This document shows, piece after piece, positions 22,941 through 35,684 of a stretch of DNA of 64,000 nt. A model generated the notes under the pieces. It was not told the DNA's origin. It was given only the letters and a program-made list of their open reading frames with translations, and ran no database searches. Positions within the stretch are counted from its first letter, which is position 1; the number at the start of each line of letters is the position of its first letter. Made by a program: the position numbers and the translations under genes. The stretch comes from Lingula anatina (Eukaryota > Animalia > Brachiopoda). Location of the stretch: contig CM120644.1 in assembly GCA_051362555.1 (NCBI GenBank), positions 19,180,534 to 19,244,533 on the forward strand. The letters are read 5' to 3'.

Positions 22941-25813
22941 TACGACTATGTTATAGAAATGGCACACACTGAGTGTGTTGTTAGTGTAGTTTATTTGTTA
23001 GAATTGGATCGAGATTATTATCATGTTTTTATTCACTGAGGTGAACCTTAAGTCGTTGTTGTTGTTGTGTGTGTGTGTGTGTGTGTGTGGTTAATTAGGA
23101 ACTTTGAAATGGCAAAGGAAACAGTGAAGGTTTTGAAAGCCAGCTTGGTATATATACGTACACTGTGCATGATGTCAGTCTGTAAACACTGACAAGTTGA
23201 GAAGGTTTTTTCAATATTTCCTGAAATATTCCTGATTATATACTGGGGTACATAAACAGTATCTTTTAAGAGTATATAATACTCAGTAATAAGAAGAAAT
23301 ACAGTGAAAATTATGTATGAAATTCAGTTTTTTACTTTGTTCACCTGGATGTCATGAGTAGAATGAGACTGTTCTGTCTTAAATGTCATGGAACACAATA
23401 CTGCAGTACATTGACAGCAGGCAATCTAAGGGTGTTTTAAGTGTGTGCCATATTGGATCTGCAGCTAAGTTCTGAAAACCAAGAAAATGGAACCAAGGTC
23501 CTCTTCCATTATTCCATGCACCATTATTCAGGCAAAATGGCTGCTTTGAATTCAAAGATCCAAGTTTGTATATGATGTGAAGTCAAAATTTAAATACCAA
23601 ATAAATATTCTAAATATTTCAATAATGTGTTTTTATTTGTTCCTTTTATGGATTACATTTTTATTATTTATAAAAACATTTTACTCAGAAAACTCACTCA
23701 TATCTAATGAAATGCAGATAAAGAAATGTTTGCTTTCAGAAAAATTGATAAGATGGTAGTATTTGTTTGTTTGAAAAATAACATGTTAAAGCATATATGC
23801 ATCTGATTTAAGGTTGCCTCTAAGTTTTGTTTAAGCGCACAAGTGAGCTTTTTTAAATCTTATAATTAATTAATAGCCAATCCTTACATTTTTTGTTTTT
23901 TCATTCTGACCCTTTTCTTATATTCAGTAAAGTATTAAATAAATGTGTAAATGCCTTAAATAGATCATTTAAGAGCCGCGTATCTTCTTTCCCGGGATGG
24001 GGGGGGGGGATAGTCCAAAGCAGTCAAATCTATCAGTTCACAAATAAACCATCAACCTGGGCATATTTCATGATTATCCATTTCAACTGACCATTTTAGT
24101 TTCGTGCGTTTATATTTTTGTTCAGTATATATTGTTTTACTTTGAATTAACTGAGTGTCCCTGTTTGGTAAAAAGTAAGATTCATTTCTAAATTGAATTC
24201 TTTTGTCAATATTGTTCCAATGTTGTTTTATTCAGAGTTGTTTATAAAGTTACATAAAATCACAAAATGGACATACTCCTTGCCTTTAATAACAAAAATT
24301 TTCTTTAAACGAGGCTTCCGTACGAACAGAGGGTGTGGTATAACATACTGTAAATTACACGTACTTGTTTTGGTGAGAGGTGTTCAGTTTGGACCAAGGT
24401 CAGTGAAAGAAGCTTATGACACAGTGCTGCTATTTCCACAATCAGTCCTCATATTTAACGCTGACAACGGCAGCATTCTGTTGTAAGTACAGTGCAAACG
24501 AAGTTTTACAGCTCATTAACATTGAAAATATCGGTCTACACGCCTCCTCTTGTTCCAACGTACTCTTATAATCACCAATCTTATACATGTATATTCTTTC
24601 CAACTCCAGGAGGAGGCGTGTTGATCTGTTCATGTAAGCTCATCTATAATTCCATAGTCTATTAAATTGATGACATTCAAAGAGAGTTGGATCGATTTAC
24701 GTAGACCGATATTTACAATGGGAATGAGCCCATAGTTTCATTGGCCATGGGAACATTATTAGTTTCCGAGGAGAACGATACCTTCTCTTAAAAGTCGACA
24801 ATCAATCCAGAGTTTAGTTTGTTATCAGTAATTATTACAGAGGAAAAGTATCTGCAAAATAAAAAGCAAGAGCCCCAAGGATCAACCGAAGGATCCAAGT
24901 TTTTAATGTAAATAAATCTGCCGTAGATTCACGGTGTCATTGCAAAGTCTCGCTCGGTACTCCAAGCACTATCGGTATCGGCTTTATCAAACGTTTTCCG
25001 GGTCAGTTCGAAAATTCAGAAAATGAAAAATTAAAATGAAAATGAAAAATCTAGGAACGGAGATCCCGTGTTTTGTGTAAAATGATTTCCCCTTATTTGA
25101 AGGCCCAAGAAGGTCAATGACACATGTAAAAATATACGTTTACTTCAAGAAAAATACACGAAATAAAATCAATGAAACCTTGTTGTTTTTGTTGCTTCAT
25201 TTATATGCATATAAACTGTCTATCGGAAAAAACATCGTAAAATATTAAAATAAAATGAAATAAACCAAACGTTTATTATTTCTATAATCTAGTATATTTC
25301 TATATCTATTTATCCATGTCATTTCTTGATGTAAACTATATAGGACATGCGTTACTGAAATGTTACTTATTACTACACGTAGGACTTGCATTACTTGGGA
25401 GCCTTCGTCCTGCGGACATTGAATCCTAGTAACGTATATGTCCTAGGACTTCCATTCCTAGCAATGCATGCCTTAGGATTTGCATCCTAGGACTGAGTGT
25501 CCGGGCGGACTTGCGTTACTAGGACGTGCACTCCTGCCACACCGGTATATGATTTTTTTCCTTTTGCTATTTACGAGTGTAATTACTATCAAATATGCAC
25601 ATATGAGATATGCAAATGTAAGATTCGCTTAGCTCATCTTCTTTTATCCCGTATTTGACTTAAAAACAGGTGTAACAGAAATGGAAGTCGTAGGAATGGA
25701 CGTCTGGGTTCCCATATGATTTGTACAGGTTAGGGTTAGTTGTTGTATTGGGGTTAGTATATGGGACGAATGTCATCTGTACTAAGTAATGGGAAGCGGA
25801 CTACGGTTCCTTA

Positions 25814-26017
25814 GACCCCATTCCCAGAGATTAGATCGATCCAAACTAGATCGACCTAACTCCCTGGGGGTTCACGCTAAATAGCTGTCAGCCGAGTGGG
25901 CACGAAAGTTAATTACCCCCCTACAGCTTGTAGTAGGCGGGACGGACATTTAAGCCGGATTATCTGACAGTAATCTAGTGAGGGATAGATCGATCTAAAA
26001 TCTATGGGAATACGCCC
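25814..26017. mobile_element. PIF/Harbinger-type MITE, family 2 copy B
   Basis: TTA|GACCCCATTCCCAGAGATT ... AATCTATGGGAATACGCCC|TTA with a 3-bp TTA TSD. Confidence 0.85.
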
Positions 26018-26128
26018 TTACTTCTATGGTAGGAGATAAGCTCTAATAATCATTAACATTGACAGTAACTAGAGAACGTCACTAGGATGTTTTTTTTTTT
26101 TTTTTTTTTTTTTTTTTGAGATAAGACT

Positions 26129-26221
26129 GTTAGTATCCGGGTGACGTTAACCCGCTACATAACGGAAATTATAGCGGATTAACGTCACCCGGATACTAAC
26201 CCGCTATAACAGAAATTATAG
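26129..26221. repeat. 29-bp inverted repeat (28/29, 14-nt loop) overlapped by a ~26-bp direct repeat
   Basis: Arms at 26129-26157 and 26172-26200; TAACCCGCTA(CA)TAAC.GAAATTATAG at ~26148 and ~26197. Confidence 0.9.
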
Positions 26222-26346
26222 ACGCTGCTATTTAACAAGCTAACGTTGATTGGGGCCACAAATAGGTTTTTGCAACATCAAGGATCTACTACTTGGATAT
26301 TGTTCTCCCAAACATTGGTATTTCTCGGTTCGCGACAGCAGAAAAA

Positions 26347-27341
26347 ATGAATCTACGCGTTTTCTGTGTTTTGATTATGGTCTACATTTTGAGCGCCGTC
26401 ATTCACGGGGAGACGTCCTCTCCAGAATATATTTCGCAGATGCAACTCTTGTATCGCACCAACTTACAAATAGAATATGTAGAGAGGGCAATGAGACGTC
26501 ATTGTCCGGCACTGATAGTAGAGCTGGGTTCTCTGGGAGTGCCACTTAGCCTCCTTAGGAAAAGAAGAACAGCAATGGACCTGGACCAAGTCAGATTGAA
26601 TGTGGAATTGGCCAAGCACGTGCTGTCAACGCTTAAACTGAAGTATCTGTCCCCGGGGTGTCAGGTAAGTAAAAAAATCTGGAAACTCCAGCGATTTCAT
26701 CAGCCTGCGTCTGTCGTTTCCAGTTTCAGAGATATTTGGCAGTCGAACTTTCCGTTTGCACGTAGACGTGTTAATATTATTTATGATCAATGCAGCTATA
26801 TATTAACATTCTTAATTAGAATGCTGAAAGAAGAGGTTCACGTTTTACGTTGATAGATCATATTATCACAACATAATGTAGTTCGATTAAGGTTAAGTGG
26901 CCTGTTAGCCAAAATCAGATTGAAATATTTTATATAAAACTGGCGAAATGGGCATTTTTTTATTAAGTTCCTTCTACCGGTTCATAGAAACTTGGAAGAA
27001 ACTGAAAATTACATTTCCCTATGCCACTTTGACATGAATGGTTTCCTCAATATCCCTCTCGTGTCATTTAAATTACAATGCATGCTTTTAAACGCTTAAA
27101 ATTGAACAAAACTTTAAAATGTTTGCATGTCGCTGATTTTTCAGAATTCAAGTTGTTTGAATTCAAGTTGTCAAAACGGGGGTTCATGCATTAAAGGTCC
27201 AGGCGATAACGTTTCATGCGCATGCCCGACGGGATATACTGGCGAGAAGTGTGAGATTAGGGCAGCCCCCGTGGCATGTACATCAACCTGGTTATCAACT
27301 TGTAAAGAGACGTACGGAACTGGCCGCTGTTCGTGAGTTCA

Positions 27342-27381
<40 letters not shown>

Positions 27382-29160
27382 CACACGCATTCATACAAAC
27401 ACAAATGCACATTCGCAAACCACTAATTTTTATATCAAAATTTCATATAGTACCTTATCAATGTGTATAGTATAAAGGAACCGTTTCTTGCTTCTTCCCA
27501 GATTGGAACCCCCTATGTATGCACTGTTTATGTAAAAAATCTCCCACAAAACTGCTTATCTGGCATAAAAATAAATATCTGTTTTAATTCTATGATAATT
27601 AAGGCGCAACCCGATTACTTGTTGATACACATACAAGATTGATAAGTCCTGGGAAGGGGGGCATGTGGACGCAAATAAATTGTTTTTTTGTTTTTTTTTT
27701 TGTTTGTTTGTTTGTTTTTTTTTTCACTGAAACTGATATTAATGCAGATTGAAGAAGAGACGCGTATGCAGTTTGTCTCAGGGTCTAGTGGTGTAAATGT
27801 CAGTATTTTGTTCCATTGTGGGGGCAGCTGCATGTGAACAATGTCTGCAGCAGAAATCTATTCTTAGAATTAGAAATTAATCCGTCTTTTGCGTTTGGGT
27901 TACATTTGAACACGCTTTACACATGTACATTTAGTTTTGGGCAACACTCGGTCACTAGGCAACTCACCACATTGAAAGCATTTGTCAGAGATTGATCAAA
28001 GGCATTGGAAAACAGATGCACATTAACGACAGACATGAAGAAGATAAATGTAATACTGACGAAGGACCTGTAATTGAACGATCCAATTTTAAGGTTGGTA
28101 CCACCCCCAACTAGAAAGATTGCCATGGACCCTGGTCACGTGGTACTCCATGTCAAGCACCTTTGTGATATCACGCAACTTCTTGTGAACGTACGTGAAC
28201 AGTCACTCTCTTATTTATGACTTTATCTATTATTTCAGTTTCATTTGTCCGATCGGCTGCATTAATTCAGGCACCGTATGGGGGACAGGGAATTATACAG
28301 GGGTAAGTTATGGTTTGAAAAAAGGGGAAAAACGGAAAAGGAATATTTCTGTCTTTTCACTGTCATTATTATCCTCAGGAATTTTATAACACTTGTATTG
28401 TCATTAAAACGGATGGATATTCCACATTTTTATACAAATTACCCACAAATCCATGTTTTAGTAATAAGTTATAACAATAAAAAACTGAAACAGGTGGAAT
28501 AGAATTAGCAATGCCTTAGTTTATCAACACCATTTGAAAAAAAACAGTCAGTATAACATTTTGGGGTAACAAATAAATCTCCACTCATTTATTTATTTAT
28601 TTATTTATTTATCTATATTGTCCTATGTTGGCAGGACTCCAGATTGTGCCGAGCTGCCATTCATGACGGCCGTATGCCAGCAGCGGGTGGAGTGGCCACA
28701 GTGGTAGGTCTAGGACCCTTACAGTCCTTCAGAGGAACAACACAGAACGGGGTGACGACAGCCAGGTAAAAACCTATCATCAGTACAATTATGCTAGTGC
28801 TGCTTGTTTATACTGTACATGCATTTTTTATTATACGTGGGGGTGCATGTTTTGAGTTTTTGATTAATTAGAAGCGTTTATGTATGGGAGTTTTTGGAAG
28901 AGGTACGTAAGTGTTGCGATGTTGTGTTAAGTAAGGTACAAGTAGAATATATTTTCAATATTATTTAATCCAGTATTTGTATGATGCATTTTATGAAATG
29001 TAGTAGAAAAAATAAAGAGTTAATATTATTAATCATTGCGTTGTTAATAAATAGGAATCTAAGAAGATTTTTTTGTTTGTTTTTTAATGTTTTAAATTTT
29101 AAATGGATTGCTTTCTTTTTCAGCTACGGTAGCTATGGAACTTCCTTCCGTTTCGTTTAA
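26347..29160 (+). CDS. Secreted precursor: signal peptide, helical prodomain with RKRR, EGF-like domain and LCCL domain (245 aa, 5 exons)
   Basis: Exons 26347-26664, 27145-27332, 28239-28302, 28635-28765 and 29124-29160 are all GT-AG and phase-compatible, totalling 738 nt to TAA. EGF: CLNSSCQNGGSC...CACPTGYTGEKC. LCCL: CPIGC..GTVWGTGNYTGDSRLCRAAIHDG...GG...GTTQNGV...SFRF. Confidence 0.92.
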
Positions 29161-29379
29161 ACAAAAAGAAAGCGTCAGACAATGAGACTTGTAATACACA
29201 AGAATCTCCTTTAGAAGTCTGCATTATTCCATGTTTGATGACGTGACGTCAGTTCTAGGCGATCGATCATGACGTCATAATGAATTATCCCTTTATGAGT
29301 ACTAACGAACTGCACTACCACGCGTGTCTAAGCTTTGATTCTCTCATTTTTCAATTCTCATTTTTGTTATCATATTCAG

Positions 29380-29385
29380 AATAAA
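29380..29385 (+). terminator. Probable polyadenylation signal of the EGF-LCCL gene
   Basis: AATAAA 220 nt after the stop codon, followed by T/GT-rich sequence. Confidence 0.5.
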
Positions 29386-29749
29386 TGCATCAGCTTGTAA
29401 GAAGGAGTATGTTTTAATTGTTTTGGCAAAGTCAGATATGATGTTTTATTCAGCACTTTCTTCTTCTTTTTATTGTTATTTTTTATCAAATTTGCAACCC
29501 GATGGTTGGATAAATACATTCTTTGCATCATACATGTAGTTGAATAAAATCACTAGAGAATAAGAAATGAGGAATATTAAAAGACATATGTGAACAATTT
29601 TAAAATATAATAACATAATACAAGGTTTAAAATGTATAATAAAGGTCTATCAGTCAATTTTGGAACTTGTATATCGCACTGTTTAAAAAGTCACTCGTTG
29701 GTCGTTTTATTTTAATTTTAGGTCTTTTGAATGTCTACGGTTCCCTTAA

Positions 29750-30066
29750 TGAGTATTTGACAATTTGTTTTGGTTGTGAAAGATAATGCAACCTTTGATC
29801 CGGTTCATTTGGTATCCTAATAAACAATTTTTGCATGCATTGAGCCGTCTTTAACCCAGTAGTTACAAGCAGCGTCATATTCAAGATCAGGATAATTTAT
29901 CTAAAGAGCTTTTTCTTGAGATTTTTCATGCAGGCAGTCAATTCATTTGTTAACCAAAGTGCCAGACAGGGGAAGCATATTCTAAAACTGGCCTTATGAC
30001 AGTCTGGTAAAAGGTTACAAGGTCATCAGTTGTGAGGCCTGCAAGCTTCAGTTGTTGTAGAAAATA
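29750..30066 (-). mobile_element. LINE (L2/CR1-like) ORF2 C-terminal relic
   Basis: The minus strand reads LQQLKLAGLTTDDLVTFYQTVIRPVLEYASPVWH, then a frameshifted KAL..YPDLEYDAA. Confidence 0.8.
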
Positions 30067-30329
30067 AATCGAGAGGGTTATTATTTATTACAAAACATTT
30101 TAAATAAGATGTAAAGCAGACTTTCATGCAGGTATTTTACTATTTATTCAATAATTTGTTTGTTAAATAGGAATGGACGACGCACATGAAACGTCTAGAG
30201 GGTTGGCCACAGTTAAATTTTTGTTTACAGTAATATTTCTGTTTCCCATCCACTTATTATCACAGGTCCTTGGTAACATTTAGCCCCGCAACACAACATG
30301 TCACTTTTAATGAAGATGAATTAATATCG

Positions 30330-30331
30330 TT

Positions 30332-30382
<51 letters not shown>

Positions 30383-31069
30383 TTGCAGAAAGTAGACTTT
30401 GACAGTAAAGGAATCTGTCAATATTTCACACATAATGCAAAAACATTTATTCTTCCTTCTTCCACGCCTATACCGGGGTACATAGTTGTACTAATTATTT
30501 AGAAATGACCCATGCGCTACCTCCAGAAATGTCATATTTCTTTACTTGAATCTGTTTTTAAATTGGTTTCTTTTGCTAAATTCTTGTTTCTACAAAATAG
30601 TTTGTTATCTAGAGTGTTGTATTAGACCCACTGAAGGGTTCAGAAAGAGAACTGGTTTTGGAAACATGTATATTTTGCAAGTTAATTTCTATTCTTATTA
30701 AAGATTTTAGCCCTCTCTTTCGGCGTACGCACTGTTTCACAGCGAGAGAAATTATAGTGCGCGATGATTGACGTTTGTTTATATAACCTGCCAATCAAGC
30801 TGTTATTACTTGACAGCAACTATCAAAACTAACTGAATTTGATTGGCATCTTGTCAATCAAAGGATATTGGATTTTTACATGTTCGGAGAGAAGAGTGTA
30901 GTAATTGTGTTTGACGTTTGTTTAAAAAAACTTTCATTCATAGTCGTGTGCGCTTGACAGCTTCCATCAAAGTTGAATTAGATCCATATAATACCTGTCT
31001 ATAACAATACATGTCGTAACATTCTGGAGGTAGGGGGCATTTCATTTATTTATTTATTTTATTATTATT

Positions 31070-31145
<76 letters not shown>
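30330..31145. repeat. (ATTT)n microsatellites at ~30330-30383 and ~31043-31145
   Basis: Directly visible. Other simple repeats: (GT)n ~23068, (CT)n ~27345 and ~39976, poly-T ~26090. Confidence 0.9.
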
Positions 31146-34100
31146 TTTTTTTGCAGCGCATTAAAAAAATGTCGGGTTCTTTATTTTCAACCGAGAGACT
31201 ACATGAAATTTAACAACGTGAAAAAGTCCCGGGTTCTTTCACAGGCGTTTTTAATTGACTAAAAGTCATTTGTCTTTTTTTCTGGAAATGATGTAACATG
31301 AATTAACGTTGATGTCGATGTTTGTTGTTCCATAACCCTTTCTTTGGTGCTCTTACGAAATCGGAACTTCGTATACGAACTGAACATATTACTTTAATCA
31401 TACTCATGTTCTTTTACACCCAATGAATATTTTTGTATCATTTTTTAAAAACGAATGGTAGTAAAAGTAAAACCTTGTCAATTTTTATGAGCTACGGAGA
31501 GAAAAAATGCCGAGATAATGATGTTAGTGGCCAGGTAAAATTAAGTACTACCGGTTTTGTTCGTTCCTTATAAAGGGCCGGGGCAATAAGTAGCCCGTTG
31601 CTGTGTATATTGAAAGGAGCGTGCGTGAAAACTGTTGTTTTAAAATAAACTTCACAATTAAAACTGCCAAATTAAAATTGAAAACGGTTTTATGCATAGC
31701 GTTAACAATCTTTCGAGCTTTAATCTGCATTATATTGTTAGTACTTCATAAGTATAAAAACTCCAGATTTCTATAACGTTTGAAAATTAATAAACTAATA
31801 GTGGAATAAGTCGGGCGGATTTGATCAAAGAATTGAAATTTTTGGTTGAATTTGTTGAAGTTGTTCGTTCAATATTTTATACTGTAGGCTATTTCATCAA
31901 ATTTGCCCTTAGAAATACCCACAGATACTGAGCTTACTTAAGTTCCGATTTAAGGGTCATTCACAAGTAAACTCAGTACCGAAATAACGTTATTTTTCTC
32001 TTTAAATTGAACACCATTTCAACGGGCACCAGTCTCCATGGCGTACATTACCAATGTAATCTATATACGGAAATGGTCACGGAGCAACTAAAATGGAAAC
32101 TGCGCTGCTGCTCGTTTTAAATAAAATGTTTGTCAAATTAACATGATATTTTAAACTTTTATTTTCTAAAAAATTCAATTTCAATGGGATATAATTCCAA
32201 CACGGCACAGTTATGTATATTTAACATTTCATATCACAGCTGTTGTGGAAAAAATTCAGAAAATTTTTCATGTTTTTGCCACTATGATTTCATCACCTCC
32301 CTAGGATGGGGGGCATGATTGCTCGGTATTATACGACAAATTCTAAAGTTGAAATCGAGGCTTCTGTACGGAAGGTGGTCAAGCATATATTATTATGTAA
32401 TCTAGGTGAGTATTTTGGTGAGAGGTGTTCAGAAAGGACCAAGGTCAGTAAAAGATGGCGAAGAAAGCCTTGTGTCTCATTGCCACAATTTTCACGAAAT
32501 GGTCGGAAATCTGGGACTGAAATTGGCATCGATCTGTTGTAAGTACTGTATAGATGATGGAAGATAACATTGGTTATTTGGCGTTAACGATATTAACCAA
32601 AAAAATTGTGCAATTTGCAAATAAGGCATCATATCGACATTTTGTCTTGACGTCAACAATATTTTTCATTAAAAGTCCAAATTCAACTTGGCGTTTAAAT
32701 AGCTAATTATCTGTTCTTATTTTCAGATAGAATGCATTTGCCAGAAAACGGGTTGTGAGAGATTTGGTCCATCTGTGAAAGCGTCTTCCGTCTTAAACAA
32801 TGTAAGGACAACTTCATTCTCAGGTCCTTATTTGTTTTTTAAAAAATTCAAAATCCACCCCAGCAAATCCCTACCCGCCAATGTGCACATGTCGTGACTA
32901 TGTAGTTCTTCTTTCTAAGATCTCATAAATGTTGTTTTTACTACCCTCCTGTCATATGTATACGTAATGCGAGGGTCACTTTCTTTTTAGTAGCACCACT
33001 GATGTGTGATTCTAAAGACACAGAATGTTGTCACGTTACAGTGTGTACACGGTGTAAAAGAATAGAAATTATATTGTTTGAAAGTGCATGTTTACATAGA
33101 ACGTGTCAGCTCAGTATATGTAGGTATACAGTGTATTCGTCTAATTTTAAAGTTGAAAAGTGGTTTGTTGAATATTACTATCGAAATCGGTTACCGTAAA
33201 ATTAAAAATTGCTTAATTTAATCGCTCCATAGAAATTGCTGACCCATTGCTTTGTAAAAGTGGGTTTATTGTTTAATTTCAGTGACTCAACCGTGCACGA
33301 GAAGATTGAATACGTTCTCCATCAAAGACGGCAGACTCGTGTTCCACAGCGGCTGCATCCATGTCAAGATTACATGTAGCATGTCAGAGTTTGTCTGCTA
33401 GTAAATTTGCAGGGTTGAAACTTGATATATAAACTGTAATTTTTACTTTGGGTTGTGAATCGGCTGTAGTTATTTTCAAACTATCACAAAGTAGTGTTTA
33501 GGAAGAGTACTTTGCTACACGTACATGTTGTAGTGGTTTATTTCCGTGTAGGTGTGGAAACATAAACAACAAGCACATGTAGGACGACCGGTTTTCTTTT
33601 TGTTCGTAACATATTTGTGAAGGCAAATCTGCAATTTGGCACTTCTCCGTGAACAATTATTTATTCAAAATTGAATTCTAGTATTTATTTTGGTGATGTT
33701 AAATTTGGAAATAAAGAAAACGTCTCAACCGTGCAAAATGCATTTATGGAAGTCTTTAGAAGTCTTTTGTGTGTTCAGTTGAAGAAAAAAAGAACGAGAT
33801 GTGCATCCACCGAAAATTAATAAATCGCTGTAATTTAAATAATTATTTTTCAGAAATTGCAGCACTATCAAACTGGCAGAATGTGTCATTAGTATTGCAG
33901 AACTGTCCACACGTATTGAAACGAACTTTCTTAAGTTTGAATATGCCATTGTGACGCATATAATTATTATAAGTTATAATATAAACTTCGTGTTTCAATG
34001 CAGGGGAGGGGTCAAAAGTCACCGTGGTTTTAGAAACGAAACCAAGGAGTTGAAATTTTCCCGAAATTAATATACATTTGTTATTGCAGTAGTGGTAAAT

Positions 34101-35599
34101 CAAAACAAAGGAAAATCGTTGTATTACAGAAGGTGTTTTATTTCGGAATATTATCTTCATTAAAGGGTCCATGTAGGACTGACATTCATCAGAAACTTTT
34201 ACACACTGAATTTTCGACAAATTCTTGACAAAGTCAAATAAATCATTTTAGCTGCCTTTTTTTTTTTTTTTTTTTGAAAATGAGTACTCGATGAAGGTTT
34301 TAAGATTGCCAATTTCTGTCAGTATACCCAACAAAGAATGTGATACAATCTTTAAAAAGCCAAATTTACATTTTTCGTAAATTTGCTTAAATTTTGGCTA
34401 GCAGTTTTTTAGCCAATTCTTTGAAAAACCATCGAATTATCGTACAAAATTACTTTTTAATTGTATTTTGCTTCATTAAACAAAAAAATGAATAATTGTA
34501 ATTATAAAATTATAAAAAAATTTATACAAAAGTGTGTAGATCAACGCTCTGTTAAAGGTTGGCCTTATGCCTTGTATTTTTTTAGTTGACTTTTTGGTCG
34601 CAATCAAAGAGTGATTGAAGAATAACTCCTTATGGAATGTCAGTCCTGCATGTCCTGTGGAGTTATAATGCTGAGTGTCACTTGATCACTGAACACCGGA
34701 GACCAGTTTGAAGTTCATTAGCATTGTCTTAGTAAATGTGATTTTCAAATATTTGCTTTATCTTTTCCGTTTTCTCTGCACATTATTCTTTAAGATAGCT
34801 ATGGTTGAAATAAGCTTGTAGGTTGGTCATGTCGTTATGACGTTTCTGATTCGCATGCTGTACAAATTTCAGTTTTCGCTCAAAGTTGTGCCATGAAATG
34901 CATATTTAAGCAATTCGTATGAAAAAAACTCGTCTGTTTTGGGCATGACAATATTTATCGATGAACTAAACAAACAACCAGGAATCTTACAAAATTTTAT
35001 TATTTTATCTACCTTTTCTTGTTTTGTGAACATCAGCAAGACGACATAGTGTTGCATGTGGGTACATGTGTCGGGATAGGATGAGGTTATATGCATATTG
35101 AATTTTCTATATTGTTCACACCAGTGAATTTAGACAAACATTTTTTGGTAATGTTTTGGGTTTTTTTATTTATTTATTTTGTTAATCTTGTTGGTATTAT
35201 GTCTATAATAATATTCCTGAACTCCTTTATAAATCAAAAAGCTACGCCGGCCAAGTAGAAATTTTCAAAATGCATAGAATCTTGACACGTTTTAGTTAGA
35301 TAGAGAACCATTTTTGTTTGTGTGTAAAAGCTTACTTCACATTTCATAGTACGTTTTATGAAATTGACATTAAGAAGAAAAAAAGGTATTCCAAGTTTTA
35401 TACTATTTTGTGAAAACAATGCTGTTACTTTTTGTATTCATTTGTGCAATAATAAATGTGCAATATTCTTTTATGAACAAAATAGAAGTTATTTTTCTTA
35501 ACTACAGAACCGCCGACTCCTCTTACTATCCTGTGTTCGTAGCACGGTTTTGTAGAAGTCGAAATTCTTTATTTGGATTTATTTTTGTAAAAGGTAATT

Positions 35600-35684
35600 T
35601 GCTGGGACCCAGTGGCGCCAGGAATCGAACCTACAACCTTCTGTCTGAGAGGCAAGCGCGTTACCTACTTCTCTAACTGTTCCC
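35600..35684 (-). mobile_element. tRNA-derived SINE head or tRNA pseudogene
   Basis: The minus strand reads GGGAACAGTTAGAGAAGTAGGTAACGCGCTTGCCTCTCAGACAGAAGGTTGTAGGTTCGATTCCTGGCGCC. It has a degenerate A box and a good B box (GGTTCGATTCC), but the acceptor stem does not pair. Confidence 0.6.

Noticed and set aside
35600-35684. Functional tRNA gene
   Set aside because: The acceptor and D stems do not pair; it is better explained as a SINE head or pseudogene.
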